Shown piece by piece: positions 18,350 through 26,952 of a stretch of 37,204 bases of DNA. The translations under genes were made by a program, and so were the position numbers. The notes under the pieces are model-generated. The model did not search any database, was not told the origin of the DNA, and was given only the letters and a program-made list of their open reading frames with translations. The number at the start of each line of letters is the position of its first letter. The first letter of the stretch is position 1. Origin of the DNA: a virus; UHGV virus genome UHGV-0014568. One strand, written 5' to 3'.

Positions 18350-18694
18350 TCAGAACTCTTCGATGTTCCAGCCGCCACCTGCTTTCTTTGGTTTAACCGT
18401 TACCCCGATGATTCGGAACGGATACTGATCTGCGGCGACTTTGGTTTTCACCCTGGCGTCGTCGGTCCAGAAACCTTTCACTTCGTGCAGTTCCATCTCG
18501 CCGGTGGCGAGCATCACAGCAAAATCGGGCGTATAGAACGTGTTGTCAGCTAACCGCAGCTTGATACCCTCAAATCGATACCAGACGATTTCTCCTGCAC
18601 GTTTACGCAGCTCAAGGTGCTGGCAATACGCAGATTCTGTTTTGTTCATCTGTCCTGTTTTGAGTCGACCAAGAGCCTGTATCTGTTTTCTCAT
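18350..18694 (-). CDS. Small PD-(D/E)XK-like (DUF1064/VRR-NUC-like) nuclease-fold protein
   Basis: 114-aa ORF with TPDF...ELHEVK...K arrangement typical of a minimal PD-(D/E)XK core; AGGGG RBS. Confidence 0.4.
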   Translation of the reverse strand: MRKQIQALGRLKTGQMNKTESAYCQHLELRKRAGEIVWYRFEGIKLRLADNTFYTPDFAVMLATGEMELHEVKGFWTDDARVKTKVAADQYPFRIIGVTVKPKKAGGGWNIEEF

Positions 18695-18697
18695 GAT

Positions 18698-18774
18698 TTA
18701 CCCCTAAGGTAATTAAAAACCACATAAGACACGAAATCAATAGATTTTAGAATATTTTATTACCTAACAGGTAA
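18698..18774. promoter_or_regulatory. Intergenic control region with two TTACC-N5-GGTAA palindromes
   Basis: TTACCCCTAAGGTAA (18698-18712) and TTACCTAACAGGTAA (18760-18774) flank an IHF-like AATCAATAGATTT and an AACCACATA motif, between the P-like gene and the nin-like genes. Confidence 0.5.
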
Positions 18775-18794
18775 TTATCGAAACGTAAAAAAAT

Positions 18795-18810
18795 GCGCTA
18801 TCGCGCTGGT
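18795..18810 (-). terminator. Weak terminator-like hairpin plus 7-U run after the P-like gene
   Basis: On the minus strand GCGC-GATA-GCGC followed by TTTTTTT; stem is only 4 bp. Confidence 0.3.
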
Positions 18811-18811
18811 A

Positions 18812-19612
18812 TTACTTGATAAATCCTGACGCCTTTCCCCGCCTGTATTCCTCCATCAGCCACTGCGCCGGTGTTATTCCCCCCAGGGTGGCGGCGTTAG
18901 GCATACACCCGAAACTTCGCCCTGGTGGATGGTAAACGTCTCTCCCTGTGTCCGGAGGCGTACTCATGGGTTCTGGCTTTGCCTGTATGCTGATCACCGG
19001 ATCGGGTATCTGCTGTCCGGAAGCCACCTTTTTCGCCCAATCATCGAGCAGCCTGCGCGCGTGTTTCTCAACCTCAATCTCGCTAAGCTGGCGCTGATAC
19101 ATTGCACGGCGGGTATCACATACGACCCAGTACATAACCGGATGCCGCCACGGGAATCTTTCGGGACCACCAGGATATAAACTTTTTTCCTTGCTGTACC
19201 GGTGAAACTCCGTCATCACATCGTCAATGGTGACGCCAAGAACCATCTTGCTGTCTTTGCACCACTTGATGAATTGCCCTGGCGACGGCCAGAACGGAGA
19301 ATCACTGGCGCGGGCGTGGCGCATACCAGCAGAAACCTGTTCACGGGTTCGGATCCCCCCTTCGGCAAACGCAGCAATCCACTGCTGTTTTGCAGCAACT
19401 TCCTGCTCTGGCGTCTTCAGGTTGGTTACCACTGCCGCCGGAAACAGTTGTTTCAACTGTTTGAAAAGGGCATCAACAAGCCTCTCTGCTGACATGTTCA
19501 CTACGTTGTCATTGTTGGTGTACTGATGCTCATAACCTGACATGCGAGAAAGGGCCTCTCCGTCACGGTTTTGTATTGCGGTAAAAACGTTGTTCACAAG
19601 AAATCCTCCCAT
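18812..19612 (-). CDS. Replication protein P-like helicase loader
   Basis: 266-aa ORF; segment QWIAAFAEGGIRTREQVSAGMRHARASDSPFWPSPGQFIKWCKD parallels lambda P (QWVLAFRENGITTMEQVNAGMRVARRQNRPFLPSPGQFVAWCRE) from memory. Confidence 0.7.
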   Translation of the reverse strand: MGGFLVNNVFTAIQNRDGEALSRMSGYEHQYTNNDNVVNMSAERLVDALFKQLKQLFPAAVVTNLKTPEQEVAAKQQWIAAFAEGGIRTREQVSAGMRHARASDSPFWPSPGQFIKWCKDSKMVLGVTIDDVMTEFHRYSKEKSLYPGGPERFPWRHPVMYWVVCDTRRAMYQRQLSEIEVEKHARRLLDDWAKKVASGQQIPDPVISIQAKPEPMSTPPDTGRDVYHPPGRSFGCMPNAATLGGITPAQWLMEEYRRGKASGFIK

Positions 19613-20457
19613 GCTTCAGGGCTGTTCCAGTGCGGAACGTTGTTATCAGGTAATGTTGATTGCTTCTGTCTGCTAATCTGCAGCCGCCTTGCCAGCTTCT
19701 GCTCCCACTGTGCCTGATGGTATGCCTTACCCTCAGCCATCCAGTAAATTCTGAACTCTGCAAGTTCCTGTGCCGTTGGCAGACTGTCCAGGTAGATCCC
19801 CTGCAATGAGCTTTTCCGAAGAAAGTCATCTGATGGCTGCCATTGTTCATGCATGACAAATTTGCCTAATTGCCCTGGCCCACCAGGAGGAACAAAGTTA
19901 TTCATCACGGCGTTGTTTGCGCCGGGGTCATGAGGCACAGAATTCCCGTTTTTTGTCCTGCTCTCCCTCTCTTGGTTAAATGACTGGTTATATGACTGGT
20001 TCTGGATCCCGTTTTTGGGATCATTCAACATCCCGTTTTTGGGATCATTCAACATCCCGTTTTTGGGATCATTCAACATCCCGTTTTTGGGATCATTCAA
20101 CATCCCGTTTTTGGGTATATTCCCGTTTTCGGTAACATTACCGTTTTCGGGTTCATTACCCCCTTCCCGGTTGCCTTTAATGTTCCCGTTTTTGGTTATA
20201 TTAAGAGAGAAAACCCGCACTCTTTTCGTCGCTCCCTTTCTCTCTCCGGTATCTGAAATAAGCCCCATTTTCATGAGCGATATAAGCCCGGCCTGCACGG
20301 TTTTTTTATTCAGGCAAGTGTCTTTAACGAGGCGTTCTATGCTGGGGTAGCAGAGGTTATATTCATCGGCTCTGTCAGCCATCGAGAGCAGTATGAGCTT
20401 TAATGATGAGCTGCCTGGATCTGTCTCCCAAGCCCAATCTGTTGCATGTCTGCTCAT
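19594..20457 (-). CDS. Replication initiator (O-like position) with DnaT-like C-terminal domain and internal iteron-encoded repeats
   Basis: 287-aa ORF; C-terminal GKFVMHEQWQPSDDF...YWMAEGKAYHQAQWEQKLARRLQ resembles E. coli DnaT; contains GMLNDPKN x4 encoded by the 24-bp iterons; GGAG RBS. Confidence 0.65.
   Translation of the reverse strand: MSRHATDWAWETDPGSSSLKLILLSMADRADEYNLCYPSIERLVKDTCLNKKTVQAGLISLMKMGLISDTGERKGATKRVRVFSLNITKNGNIKGNREGGNEPENGNVTENGNIPKNGMLNDPKNGMLNDPKNGMLNDPKNGMLNDPKNGIQNQSYNQSFNQERESRTKNGNSVPHDPGANNAVMNNFVPPGGPGQLGKFVMHEQWQPSDDFLRKSSLQGIYLDSLPTAQELAEFRIYWMAEGKAYHQAQWEQKLARRLQISRQKQSTLPDNNVPHWNSPEAWEDFL
20006..20101. repeat. Four perfect tandem 24-bp direct repeats (ATCCCGTTTTTGGGATCATTCAAC), probable replication-origin iterons
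   Basis: Exact head-to-tail copies at 20006, 20030, 20054 and 20078, followed by degenerate CCCGTTTT(C/T)GG copies to about 20215 and preceded by a TGACTGGTT x2 repeat; all inside the replication initiator gene. Confidence 0.7.
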
Positions 20458-20472
20458 GATTAATCTCCGCTA

Positions 20473-20673
20473 TCAGCTTGAATGTTGTGGGGAGGAATTA
20501 ATCATGATCTGCTTAATCTCTGCCCTGATGCGACGGTTTGATTCCATGGTGCACTCAACACAGTGTCCGTTGTAAACCCAGCGCTCACTGTCATGTCCGT
20601 GCTTACATGGTTTTCCGGTGTAGTAGCGTTTAAGTCCGCGCTTTGCGGCATCAATACGTGTAATGATTTCCAT
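20473..20673 (-). CDS. Small Cys/His-containing protein at the cII-equivalent position
   Basis: 66 aa from ATG 20673 (track gives TTG 20736); YTGKPCKHGH...NGHCVEC motif; no clear RBS, low confidence. Confidence 0.3.
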   Translation of the reverse strand: MEIITRIDAAKRGLKRYYTGKPCKHGHDSERWVYNGHCVECTMESNRRIRAEIKQIMINSSPQHSS

Positions 20674-20753
20674 GGTAAGCCATGTTATTAGTATTGGGAT
20701 TACGGTTATTTTGTGCTGACACAAAAAAAAGATCAACCAGATTTGGTTTTTTA

Positions 20754-20800
20754 TTACCTTTAAGGTGCGAATAGATATGAAAAGACCGCCGGATGGCGGC
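20754..20800 (-). promoter_or_regulatory. Region after the cro-like gene: operator-variant TTACCTTTAAGGTG plus GC hairpin (possible tR1-like terminator)
   Basis: 5-bp GC stem CCGCC/GGCGG followed on the minus strand by CTTTTC; also a copy of GAATAGATATGA. Confidence 0.3.
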
Positions 20801-20823
20801 CTACAGAGGGTTGTGGCTGGATA

Positions 20824-21054
20824 TCATGAGTAGAAGAAGTATGCCAGTTCTGCTTTTGAGCGCAGCCATTGTCTTGTTTTACAGGCTTTAAAAAGCCCAT
20901 TCATCAATACCTTACCTGGCATTTTGCGCTTACCTGTTAAGTGAGTCTGGATATAGTGACTCGTCGTTCCGGCTTCCTGTGCGAAGGCTTCACGCTCATC
21001 CGGAGTAAGTGCAAGCCAGTGCTTTTTGAAATCGAAATGTCCGTTATCGCTCAT
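20824..21054 (-). CDS. Cro-like small HTH regulator
   Basis: 76-aa ORF divergent from the repressor gene across an operator-rich gap; HTH-like segment LTPDEREAFAQEAGTTSHYIQTHLTGKR; first gene of the long minus-strand series. Confidence 0.5.
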   Translation of the reverse strand: MSDNGHFDFKKHWLALTPDEREAFAQEAGTTSHYIQTHLTGKRKMPGKVLMNGLFKACKTRQWLRSKAELAYFFYS

Positions 21055-21091
21055 AGCTATTGCCTGATATTTATTTCAGATAATAAATATT

Positions 21092-21185
21092 CACCCATAA
21101 GGTAACAAAAATCAAGGATAGTTACCTATGGGGTGCATTTACCTGTTGGGTAATATTGCTTTAAATTGAATCATCTACTGATTCA
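21092..21185. promoter_or_regulatory. OR-like divergent operator/promoter region
   Basis: Inverted pair CACCCATAAGGTAAC (21092-21106) and GTTACCTATGGGGTG (21121-21135), exact TTACCTGTTGGGTAA (21139-21153), and a separate perfect palindrome TGAATCA-N5-TGATTCA (21167-21185). Confidence 0.6.
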
Positions 21186-21208
21186 TATATGAGGCGATTT
21201 TCCAGAAA

Positions 21209-21793
21209 ATGAAAAGTATCCAGGACGTCCGCAGGCAAAATCTCAACGACTTGATCGACCGTGAATTCAATGGTGTTCAGACGCGGATGGCAGAAAAACT
21301 TGGAACTCAGGCAAATCTGGTAAACCGCTGGGCTCTTGGCAAGAAGGTTATCGGCGACCAGGTTGCGCGAAAAATTGAAGCTGCCGCCAATAAACCCCGT
21401 AACTGGCTTGATATCGATCGCTCGCTTTCTCAAGAAGGTTTTCAGCCTGTCGGACCAAGCGACATTGGTCAGCTGGCGGCTCACAACCTGGAACGCTGGA
21501 TGAGCGAAAGCCGAGACCTTTCAACGCAGGGAAAACTTCACCGCGCATCCGGCGTCGCCCAGGTGACAATCAGCCGCCTGTTAAACAATGAGGTCAGCGT
21601 TTCCATTTCCACCCTGGAGAATGTTGCATCCGCATTCGGGCGTCACGGCTATGAATTACTGATTCACCCGCACGACCCTGCGACTATCAACTATGATCGC
21701 TCGCGCTACGCATTGTTACCTGAAACAGAGAAGGCAAAGATCGAAAGTTACATTGAATTTGTCATCAACCAGAACGAAAAAAGCAAACAATAA
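21209..21793 (+). CDS. Prophage repressor candidate (CI position) with two XRE-type HTH domains and no peptidase domain
   Basis: 194-aa ORF between the OR-like and OL-like regions, with its own terminator; two HTH-like segments (QTRMAEKLGTQANLVNRW and GVAQVTISRLLNNE); no Ser/Lys S24 autopeptidase motifs seen. Confidence 0.5.
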   Translation: MKSIQDVRRQNLNDLIDREFNGVQTRMAEKLGTQANLVNRWALGKKVIGDQVARKIEAAANKPRNWLDIDRSLSQEGFQPVGPSDIGQLAAHNLERWMSESRDLSTQGKLHRASGVAQVTISRLLNNEVSVSISTLENVASAFGRHGYELLIHPHDPATINYDRSRYALLPETEKAKIESYIEFVINQNEKSKQ

Positions 21794-21815
21794 AACTATA
21801 GTTTTCAGAAAGTAA

Positions 21816-21837
21816 GCCGCCTCATGGCGGCTTTTTT
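21816..21837 (+). terminator. Rho-independent terminator after the repressor gene
   Basis: GCCGCC-TCAT-GGCGGC followed by TTTTTT. Confidence 0.7.
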
Positions 21838-21850
21838 ATTGCCCATGAAA

Positions 21851-21927
21851 TTACCTTACGGGTAATTTTTTTAACTCATATCTATTGACAACAAACCAAA
21901 TACGCATAATTATTACCTAAACGGTAA
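21851..21927 (+). promoter_or_regulatory. OL/PL-like promoter with two TTACC-N5-GGTAA operators
   Basis: TTACCTTACGGGTAA (21851-21865), -35 TTGACA (21885-21890), CATAAT-like -10 region and TTACCTAAACGGTAA (21913-21927) just before the first gene of the plus-strand operon. Confidence 0.55.
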
Positions 21928-21946
21928 CAAGCCGAGGTAACAAGTT

Positions 21947-22099
21947 ATGCAGTGGAAAATCATCAACGGTTGGTACTGCGTTACTGCATGCGGATTCATG
22001 AGCTGGAAGTTCCGCACATTACAGGAAGGCATTAAGTGGGCTTTCGTCAGCAAAGAAGCTCGCGATGTGGCCAACGATAACGAGATATGGGAGGGCTGA
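21947..22099 (+). CDS. Small protein, first gene of the PL-like operon
   Basis: 50-aa ORF with GAGG RBS 8 nt upstream; below track cutoff; Trp/Cys-containing. Confidence 0.3.
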   Translation: MQWKIINGWYCVTACGFMSWKFRTLQEGIKWAFVSKEARDVANDNEIWEG

Positions 22100-22101
22100 T
22101 A

Positions 22102-22401
22102 ATGAACGTTAATCAGCAGAAAAATCTTCAAAAAATCATGCTGGCATTCGACAAGGACTACCGCCTGTCAGAACAGCTATATGACCGACAAGTTGAACTG
22201 ATTGAGAGCATCCGACTTCATCAACTGTCCTCAACTTTCGACGTTGTAACAGGCAAAGGCGTTCGTCAGGAAGTGCTGGAGGCAGCTAAAGACAGCCCTG
22301 AGTTCGAAGAACTTATGGATGCCTACCGGCGCGAGGCAATGGCAATTATCGCCCGCTGGGATCTGGCTGATCAGCTTGATGGGCAGAGGGACGCGGCATG
22401 A
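22102..22401 (+). CDS. Hypothetical protein upstream of the exonuclease
   Basis: 99 aa from ATG 22102 (track ORF starts at 22087); stop overlaps the exonuclease start. Confidence 0.4.
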   Translation: MNVNQQKNLQKIMLAFDKDYRLSEQLYDRQVELIESIRLHQLSSTFDVVTGKGVRQEVLEAAKDSPEFEELMDAYRREAMAIIARWDLADQLDGQRDAA

Positions 22402-23219
22402 AGCCGGGAATTTATTTCGACATCAGCAACGAAGACTACCACGCCGGTGACGGCGTGAGTAAGTCGCAACTGGACATGGTTGCCAAGAATCCGGCGCTTC
22501 TCAAATGGGTTCAGGCAGCACCAGAAGACGAAGAGAAAAAGTCTGCACTGGATATGGGAACCGCATTGCACTGTCTGCTTCTGGAACCTGGAGAATTCGA
22601 CAAACGCTTCATCGTTTCACCGAAATTCGATCGTCGGACAAAACAAGGTAAAGCTGACGAAGAAGCATTTCTTCGTGATGTGGCGGATATGGGTATTACG
22701 GTACTTGATGTCGAGCAGTGGCGAAAACTGGAGCTGATGCGTGATAGCGCAATGGCTCATCCGGCGGCACGCTGGATGCTGGAAGCACCTGGTTACTGCG
22801 AAGCATCAATGTACTGGAACGATGAAGATACGGGTGAGTTGTGCCGAATTCGTCCAGACAAATGGCTGAACGAGCACAACGTGATCGTCGACGTGAAAAA
22901 GGTTGCAGATATGGACCGTTTTGCACGCCACATCGAGGAATTCCGCTACCACGTGCAGGACGCAATGTACCGCGAAGGCGCAATGAGGGTTACTGGTCAG
23001 CCGCATGGTTTTTTCTTTCTTGCCGTGAGCGAAAGCATTGATTGTGGTCGGTATCCGGTACGCGTGTTCGAGCTGGATGCGCAGGATGTCGATGCCGGGC
23101 ACGCTCTGTTCCGCCGGGATCTGAATACCTATCACGAATGCCGCATCAATGATGAATGGGGTGGTGTGGAAATCATTAAACGCCCTGAGTGGGCACGCAA
23201 ACAGGATATGTACATATGA
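22398..23219 (+). CDS. PD-(D/E)XK exonuclease (RecE C-terminal-domain-like)
   Basis: 273-aa ORF; N-terminal YFDISNEDYHAGDGVSKSQLD and downstream D...IVDVKKV and YHVQDAMY motifs typical of phage RecE/YqaJ-type exonucleases; paired with RecT. Confidence 0.6.
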   Translation: MKPGIYFDISNEDYHAGDGVSKSQLDMVAKNPALLKWVQAAPEDEEKKSALDMGTALHCLLLEPGEFDKRFIVSPKFDRRTKQGKADEEAFLRDVADMGITVLDVEQWRKLELMRDSAMAHPAARWMLEAPGYCEASMYWNDEDTGELCRIRPDKWLNEHNVIVDVKKVADMDRFARHIEEFRYHVQDAMYREGAMRVTGQPHGFFFLAVSESIDCGRYPVRVFELDAQDVDAGHALFRRDLNTYHECRINDEWGGVEIIKRPEWARKQDMYI

Positions 23220-24157
23220 GCAACGACATCGCAAACATCAACGCACCAGTAGACACAGCAATCGCTGGAACTGCTGCAACTATTTTCAGCCCAGACGGCT
23301 TGAACCAACTGATGAAATTCGCCGAGGTAATGGCGCAAAGCCGCGTAACGGTACCGGCGCACCTCGCTGGGAAACCAGCTGATTGCATGGCCGTGGCAAT
23401 GCAGGCTGCGCAGTGGGGAATGAACCCGTTTGCCGTGGCTCAGAAAACCCATGTTGTGAACGGCACGCTAGGTTATGAAGCCCAATTAGTAAACGCAGTT
23501 ATCTCAACAATGTCGCCAACAAAAGATCGCATCAACTACGAGTGGTTCGGGCCGTGGGAACGCGTGATCGGTAAGTTTGTTGAGAAAACATCCAAAAACG
23601 GCAATCCGTATATCGCACCAGGCTGGACTCTAAAAGACGAAGAAGGTTGCGGTGTTCGCGTATGGGCAACCATGAAGGGCGAGGATCAACCTCGAGTGCT
23701 TGAGTTAATGCTGTCTCAAGCACAGGTAAGAAACTCCACACTTTGGGCCAGTGATCCGAAACAACAACTCGCATACCTTGCAACAAAACGCTGGTCTCGC
23801 TTGCACTGTCCTGACGTAATCATGGGCGTCTACACACCAGACGAATTACAGGAAACGGCACCGCGCGTTGAGCGAGACATTACTCCGCAAACGACCACTG
23901 CTGCGGGAATGAACAGTCTGATTAACGCTAAACAAGTGAAAAATCCTGATGAGCAAACGCGTAAAGCGGATAGCCGTGATCCAGAAGAAATGCTAATGGC
24001 CTTTACCAGCGCAGCGATGAATTACAGCACTGTCTCCGAACTGGATAAAGCTTACAAATACATTGCACAAAAACTTTCAGATGATGACGAACTGCTGGCA
24101 AAAGCCACCGACGTTTACAGCGTTCGTCGGGAAGAATTAAACGAAACATCTATGTAA
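23216..24157 (+). CDS. recT: RecT-family single-strand annealing protein
   Basis: ATG at 23216 overlaps the exonuclease stop (ATATGA) with an AGGA RBS; about 313 aa; the longer track ORF (23189) is an in-frame extension. Confidence 0.55.
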   Translation: MSNDIANINAPVDTAIAGTAATIFSPDGLNQLMKFAEVMAQSRVTVPAHLAGKPADCMAVAMQAAQWGMNPFAVAQKTHVVNGTLGYEAQLVNAVISTMSPTKDRINYEWFGPWERVIGKFVEKTSKNGNPYIAPGWTLKDEEGCGVRVWATMKGEDQPRVLELMLSQAQVRNSTLWASDPKQQLAYLATKRWSRLHCPDVIMGVYTPDELQETAPRVERDITPQTTTAAGMNSLINAKQVKNPDEQTRKADSRDPEEMLMAFTSAAMNYSTVSELDKAYKYIAQKLSDDDELLAKATDVYSVRREELNETSM

Positions 24158-24206
24158 CCACCACCGCGGCGCCACACGCGCCGCACTGCAACCAAGAGAG
24201 GTATTT

Positions 24207-24455
24207 ATGAAAGGTGCATTAGGTAAGAAGGAACTCCTGGCGGTGGTGCCACTGTCATGGAGCACTATCGACCGTATGGAGCGCGCAGGGGAATTTCCTA
24301 AACGCTGGTATATCACCGATAAACGCTGCGCATGGAACCGCGATGAAGTTGAGCGTTGGCTTGATGAACGTCAGGCAGCAAGCCCGGCAGAGTTCCAGGG
24401 TAAAAAACCTCCTGTTCAGCAACGTGTATATCGTCCTGTGAGCAACGCGGCATGA
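24207..24455 (+). CDS. AlpA-family small DNA-binding protein (regulator or excisionase candidate)
   Basis: 82-aa ORF with strong RBS; LLAVVPLSWSTIDRMERAGEFPKRWYI...W...EVERWL matches the AlpA/Xis pattern from memory. Confidence 0.5.
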   Translation: MKGALGKKELLAVVPLSWSTIDRMERAGEFPKRWYITDKRCAWNRDEVERWLDERQAASPAEFQGKKPPVQQRVYRPVSNAA

Positions 24456-24564
24456 GTGTGCTGCTAAGGCACTGGAGCAAATGGTCAGGATGGTACTTAT
24501 TCCTGGCCTCTGTTTCAGCATGGCTTTATCTGCTGGCATTAATTTTCAGAGAGGGTTGGATTAA

Positions 24565-24864
24565 GTGAGAAAGTTAAGCCGACTTGAAAAATATCACATG
24601 AACAAGGTTTCAATGCGCAGCCATTCAAAGGTTGTTGCCGTTACTCCTGCGGCGATAGAGATCGAAAAACGCGCGATTGAAAGAGAGAAAAAAGGGCAGT
24701 TCCGCATTGCCGCTCACCTTTGGCTTCAGTGTATGGATGTTGCTTCTGGTGATGTTGAGCGTGCAAGGATCGCGGTTCGCAGGGACCAATGTATCACAAA
24801 AGGTAACGGCCTTCGCCGTGGCGACTATAGCGGCATAGGATGTTGTGGGGTGGTTTATGACTAA
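24565..24864 (+). CDS. Small regulator-like protein, possibly PerC-family
   Basis: 99-aa ORF (GTG start with GAGGG RBS); family call from recollection of a G.FRIAAHLWL...RR.QC pattern; weak. Confidence 0.3.
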   Translation: MRKLSRLEKYHMNKVSMRSHSKVVAVTPAAIEIEKRAIEREKKGQFRIAAHLWLQCMDVASGDVERARIAVRRDQCITKGNGLRRGDYSGIGCCGVVYD

Positions 24865-25507
24865 GAAATACACACTAATCTATGCAGATCCACCCTGGGT
24901 ATACCGGGACAAAGCCGCAGATGGTAATCGCGGTGCCGGTTTTAAATATCCGGTTATGAGTGTGCTGGATATCTGCCGCCTTCCTGTGTGGTGTTTGGCC
25001 GATGAAAACTGTCTGTTGGCCATGTGGTGGGTGCCAACACAACCACTCGAAGCACTAAAAGTTGTTGAAGCCTGGGGATTCCGTCTGATGACCATGAAGG
25101 GATTCACGTGGATAAAATGTGGTAGTCGACAACCAGATAAACTGGTTATGGGTATGGGTCACATGACTCGCGCCAATAGTGAAGATTGCCTGTTTGCAGT
25201 AAAGGGAAAACTACCTCCGCGCATTAATGCAGGGATCGTTCAGTCATTTACCGCACCGCGGCTTGAGCATTCAAGAAAACCAGATGTCGTTCGTGAAAAA
25301 CTTGTGCAATTGTTAGGCGATGTTTCTCGCATTGAACTGTTCGCCCGCCAGTCGTCTCATGGCTTCGATGTTTGGGGTAATCAGTGCGAAGACCCGGCAG
25401 TGCAACTACACCCTGGATACGCGTTGGATATTGCCAGATTAACAAATGCATTCAGCAATGCTCCGCTGTCACCAACAGACAACCAGGGGCGGGAGCGTGC
25501 AGCATGA
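24857..25507 (+). CDS. MT-A70-family DNA N6-adenine methyltransferase
   Basis: About 216 aa from ATG 24857 with GGGGTGG RBS; catalytic DPPW motif in YADPPWVY near the N-terminus. Confidence 0.7.
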   Translation: MTKKYTLIYADPPWVYRDKAADGNRGAGFKYPVMSVLDICRLPVWCLADENCLLAMWWVPTQPLEALKVVEAWGFRLMTMKGFTWIKCGSRQPDKLVMGMGHMTRANSEDCLFAVKGKLPPRINAGIVQSFTAPRLEHSRKPDVVREKLVQLLGDVSRIELFARQSSHGFDVWGNQCEDPAVQLHPGYALDIARLTNAFSNAPLSPTDNQGRERAA

Positions 25508-25698
25508 ACCGGGCATCACCAGCAGATTTAAGGAAATGCCTTGAAACTGCAAACATGCTTGCACACAGCGGGATCAGGTTTGTTCCAATTCCCGCTGTCA
25601 CTGATGCTGAATTTGCAACACTGTCAGCAATATTCGCAGATAAAATTGAATCACTGGCAGCAGAAGCCGAGATGGAAGAAAATCAGCAGAATAATTAA
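25504..25698 (+). CDS. Small protein, possibly DUF1382-like
   Basis: 64 aa from ATG 25504 overlapping the methyltransferase stop (ATGA); the track's 104-aa version starts inside the upstream gene. Confidence 0.3.
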   Translation: MNRASPADLRKCLETANMLAHSGIRFVPIPAVTDAEFATLSAIFADKIESLAAEAEMEENQQNN

Positions 25699-25701
25699 AC
25701 G

Positions 25702-26952
25702 TTATTCCCCCGCCATCCACTTCTCAAACTTCGACGGGGAGAACGGAATCAGATCCGTATGCTCCCCGTTAATCCAGGAATCAATCATATCGGCCCACTG
25801 CTGCAACATGTAGGCGCGCTGTCTGGCATATTCCGCTTTGTTATATACGGCGCGCACACCTTTCTGCTCATGTGCCAGAGCCTTTTCAATCCAGTCTGAA
25901 GGATAACCAGCCTCATGCAACAACGTACTGGCTGTACGGCGCATATCATGTACAGTGAAGTCCTGAATATGCTCACCATCTTCATTTATTATTTTCACCG
26001 TTCTGTCGATCAGAGAGTTCAGCGCGGCATTAGATAATGGCTTCCGGAAGTTGTAACGACCAGGAACCAGATATTCACTTCCACCAGCGCACATCTGCAA
26101 CCCGACCAATATATCCTGTGCCTGTTTAGGCAGGTAAATAACGTGCGCCCGGCTTCCCTTCATGCGGTCTGAAGGAATTGTCCATGTCCATTTTTTAAAA
26201 TCTATTTCGTCCCACGTTGCATTGGTGAATTCGCCTTTACGAACCATAGTGATAAGCACCAGTTTTAAAGCCATTTTCATAGTGCCCATAGCACCAATGG
26301 CATCCAACGTGCGGAAGAACAGGCCAATTTCTTCTGGTGTCAGTGTTCGCTCTCGTGGTTTAAATATGGCGATAGACGAAGGCTTAATGTCAGCCGCAGG
26401 ATTAAACAAACCATGACCACGGTCATTGGCGTGACGGTATACGCTGCTGATGATCTCCCTGGCCTGCACTGCTGTTGCCCGGCCACCGCGTTCGACAATC
26501 CGGTCACACAAATCACGAACCATCGATGTGGTAATTTCAGCCATCATTTTGTTGCCAAGAACCGGAAGTATGTCACGGTCGATCACTGCCTGCTTCATTG
26601 CGCGGGTACTTTCAGCCATGATGACGTGTTTCATATAACTGTCGGTATGTACCGCAAACGTCTCGGCACCACGAATCTTTTTGATACCGTCACGTTTAGC
26701 CGCAGCCGGCGACTGGCCTGCTTTAAGCAGCTTCTTTGCAGCAATCAGTTCTTCCCGCGCTTCTGCCAGGCTTATACCGTCACGCCCATACTGCCCGATT
26801 ACCAGTGTTTCGCGGCGACCGTTGATACGGTAGTCATAGCGAAACGAGACCGTACCTGACGTAAGCACAGCTACATACAGCCCGTCACGATCGGAGACTT
26901 TGTACAGTTTGTCCTGCGGCTTGAGGTTTTTCAATTTTGTATCGGTAAGCAC
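25702..26952 (-). CDS. int: Tyrosine integrase, P4-like family
   Basis: 416-aa ORF; N-terminus LTDTKLKNLKPQDKLYKVSDRDGLYV typical of P4-type integrases; C-terminal catalytic region with HDMRRT and Y-containing tail; GTG start. Confidence 0.85.
   Translation of the reverse strand: MLTDTKLKNLKPQDKLYKVSDRDGLYVAVLTSGTVSFRYDYRINGRRETLVIGQYGRDGISLAEAREELIAAKKLLKAGQSPAAAKRDGIKKIRGAETFAVHTDSYMKHVIMAESTRAMKQAVIDRDILPVLGNKMMAEITTSMVRDLCDRIVERGGRATAVQAREIISSVYRHANDRGHGLFNPAADIKPSSIAIFKPRERTLTPEEIGLFFRTLDAIGAMGTMKMALKLVLITMVRKGEFTNATWDEIDFKKWTWTIPSDRMKGSRAHVIYLPKQAQDILVGLQMCAGGSEYLVPGRYNFRKPLSNAALNSLIDRTVKIINEDGEHIQDFTVHDMRRTASTLLHEAGYPSDWIEKALAHEQKGVRAVYNKAEYARQRAYMLQQWADMIDSWINGEHTDLIPFSPSKFEKWMAGE

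Noticed and set aside
20006-20101. Tandem 24-bp repeats that could be mistaken for a CRISPR array
   Set aside because: Repeats are directly adjacent with no spacers, lie inside a replication gene and encode an in-frame peptide repeat; they are iterons.
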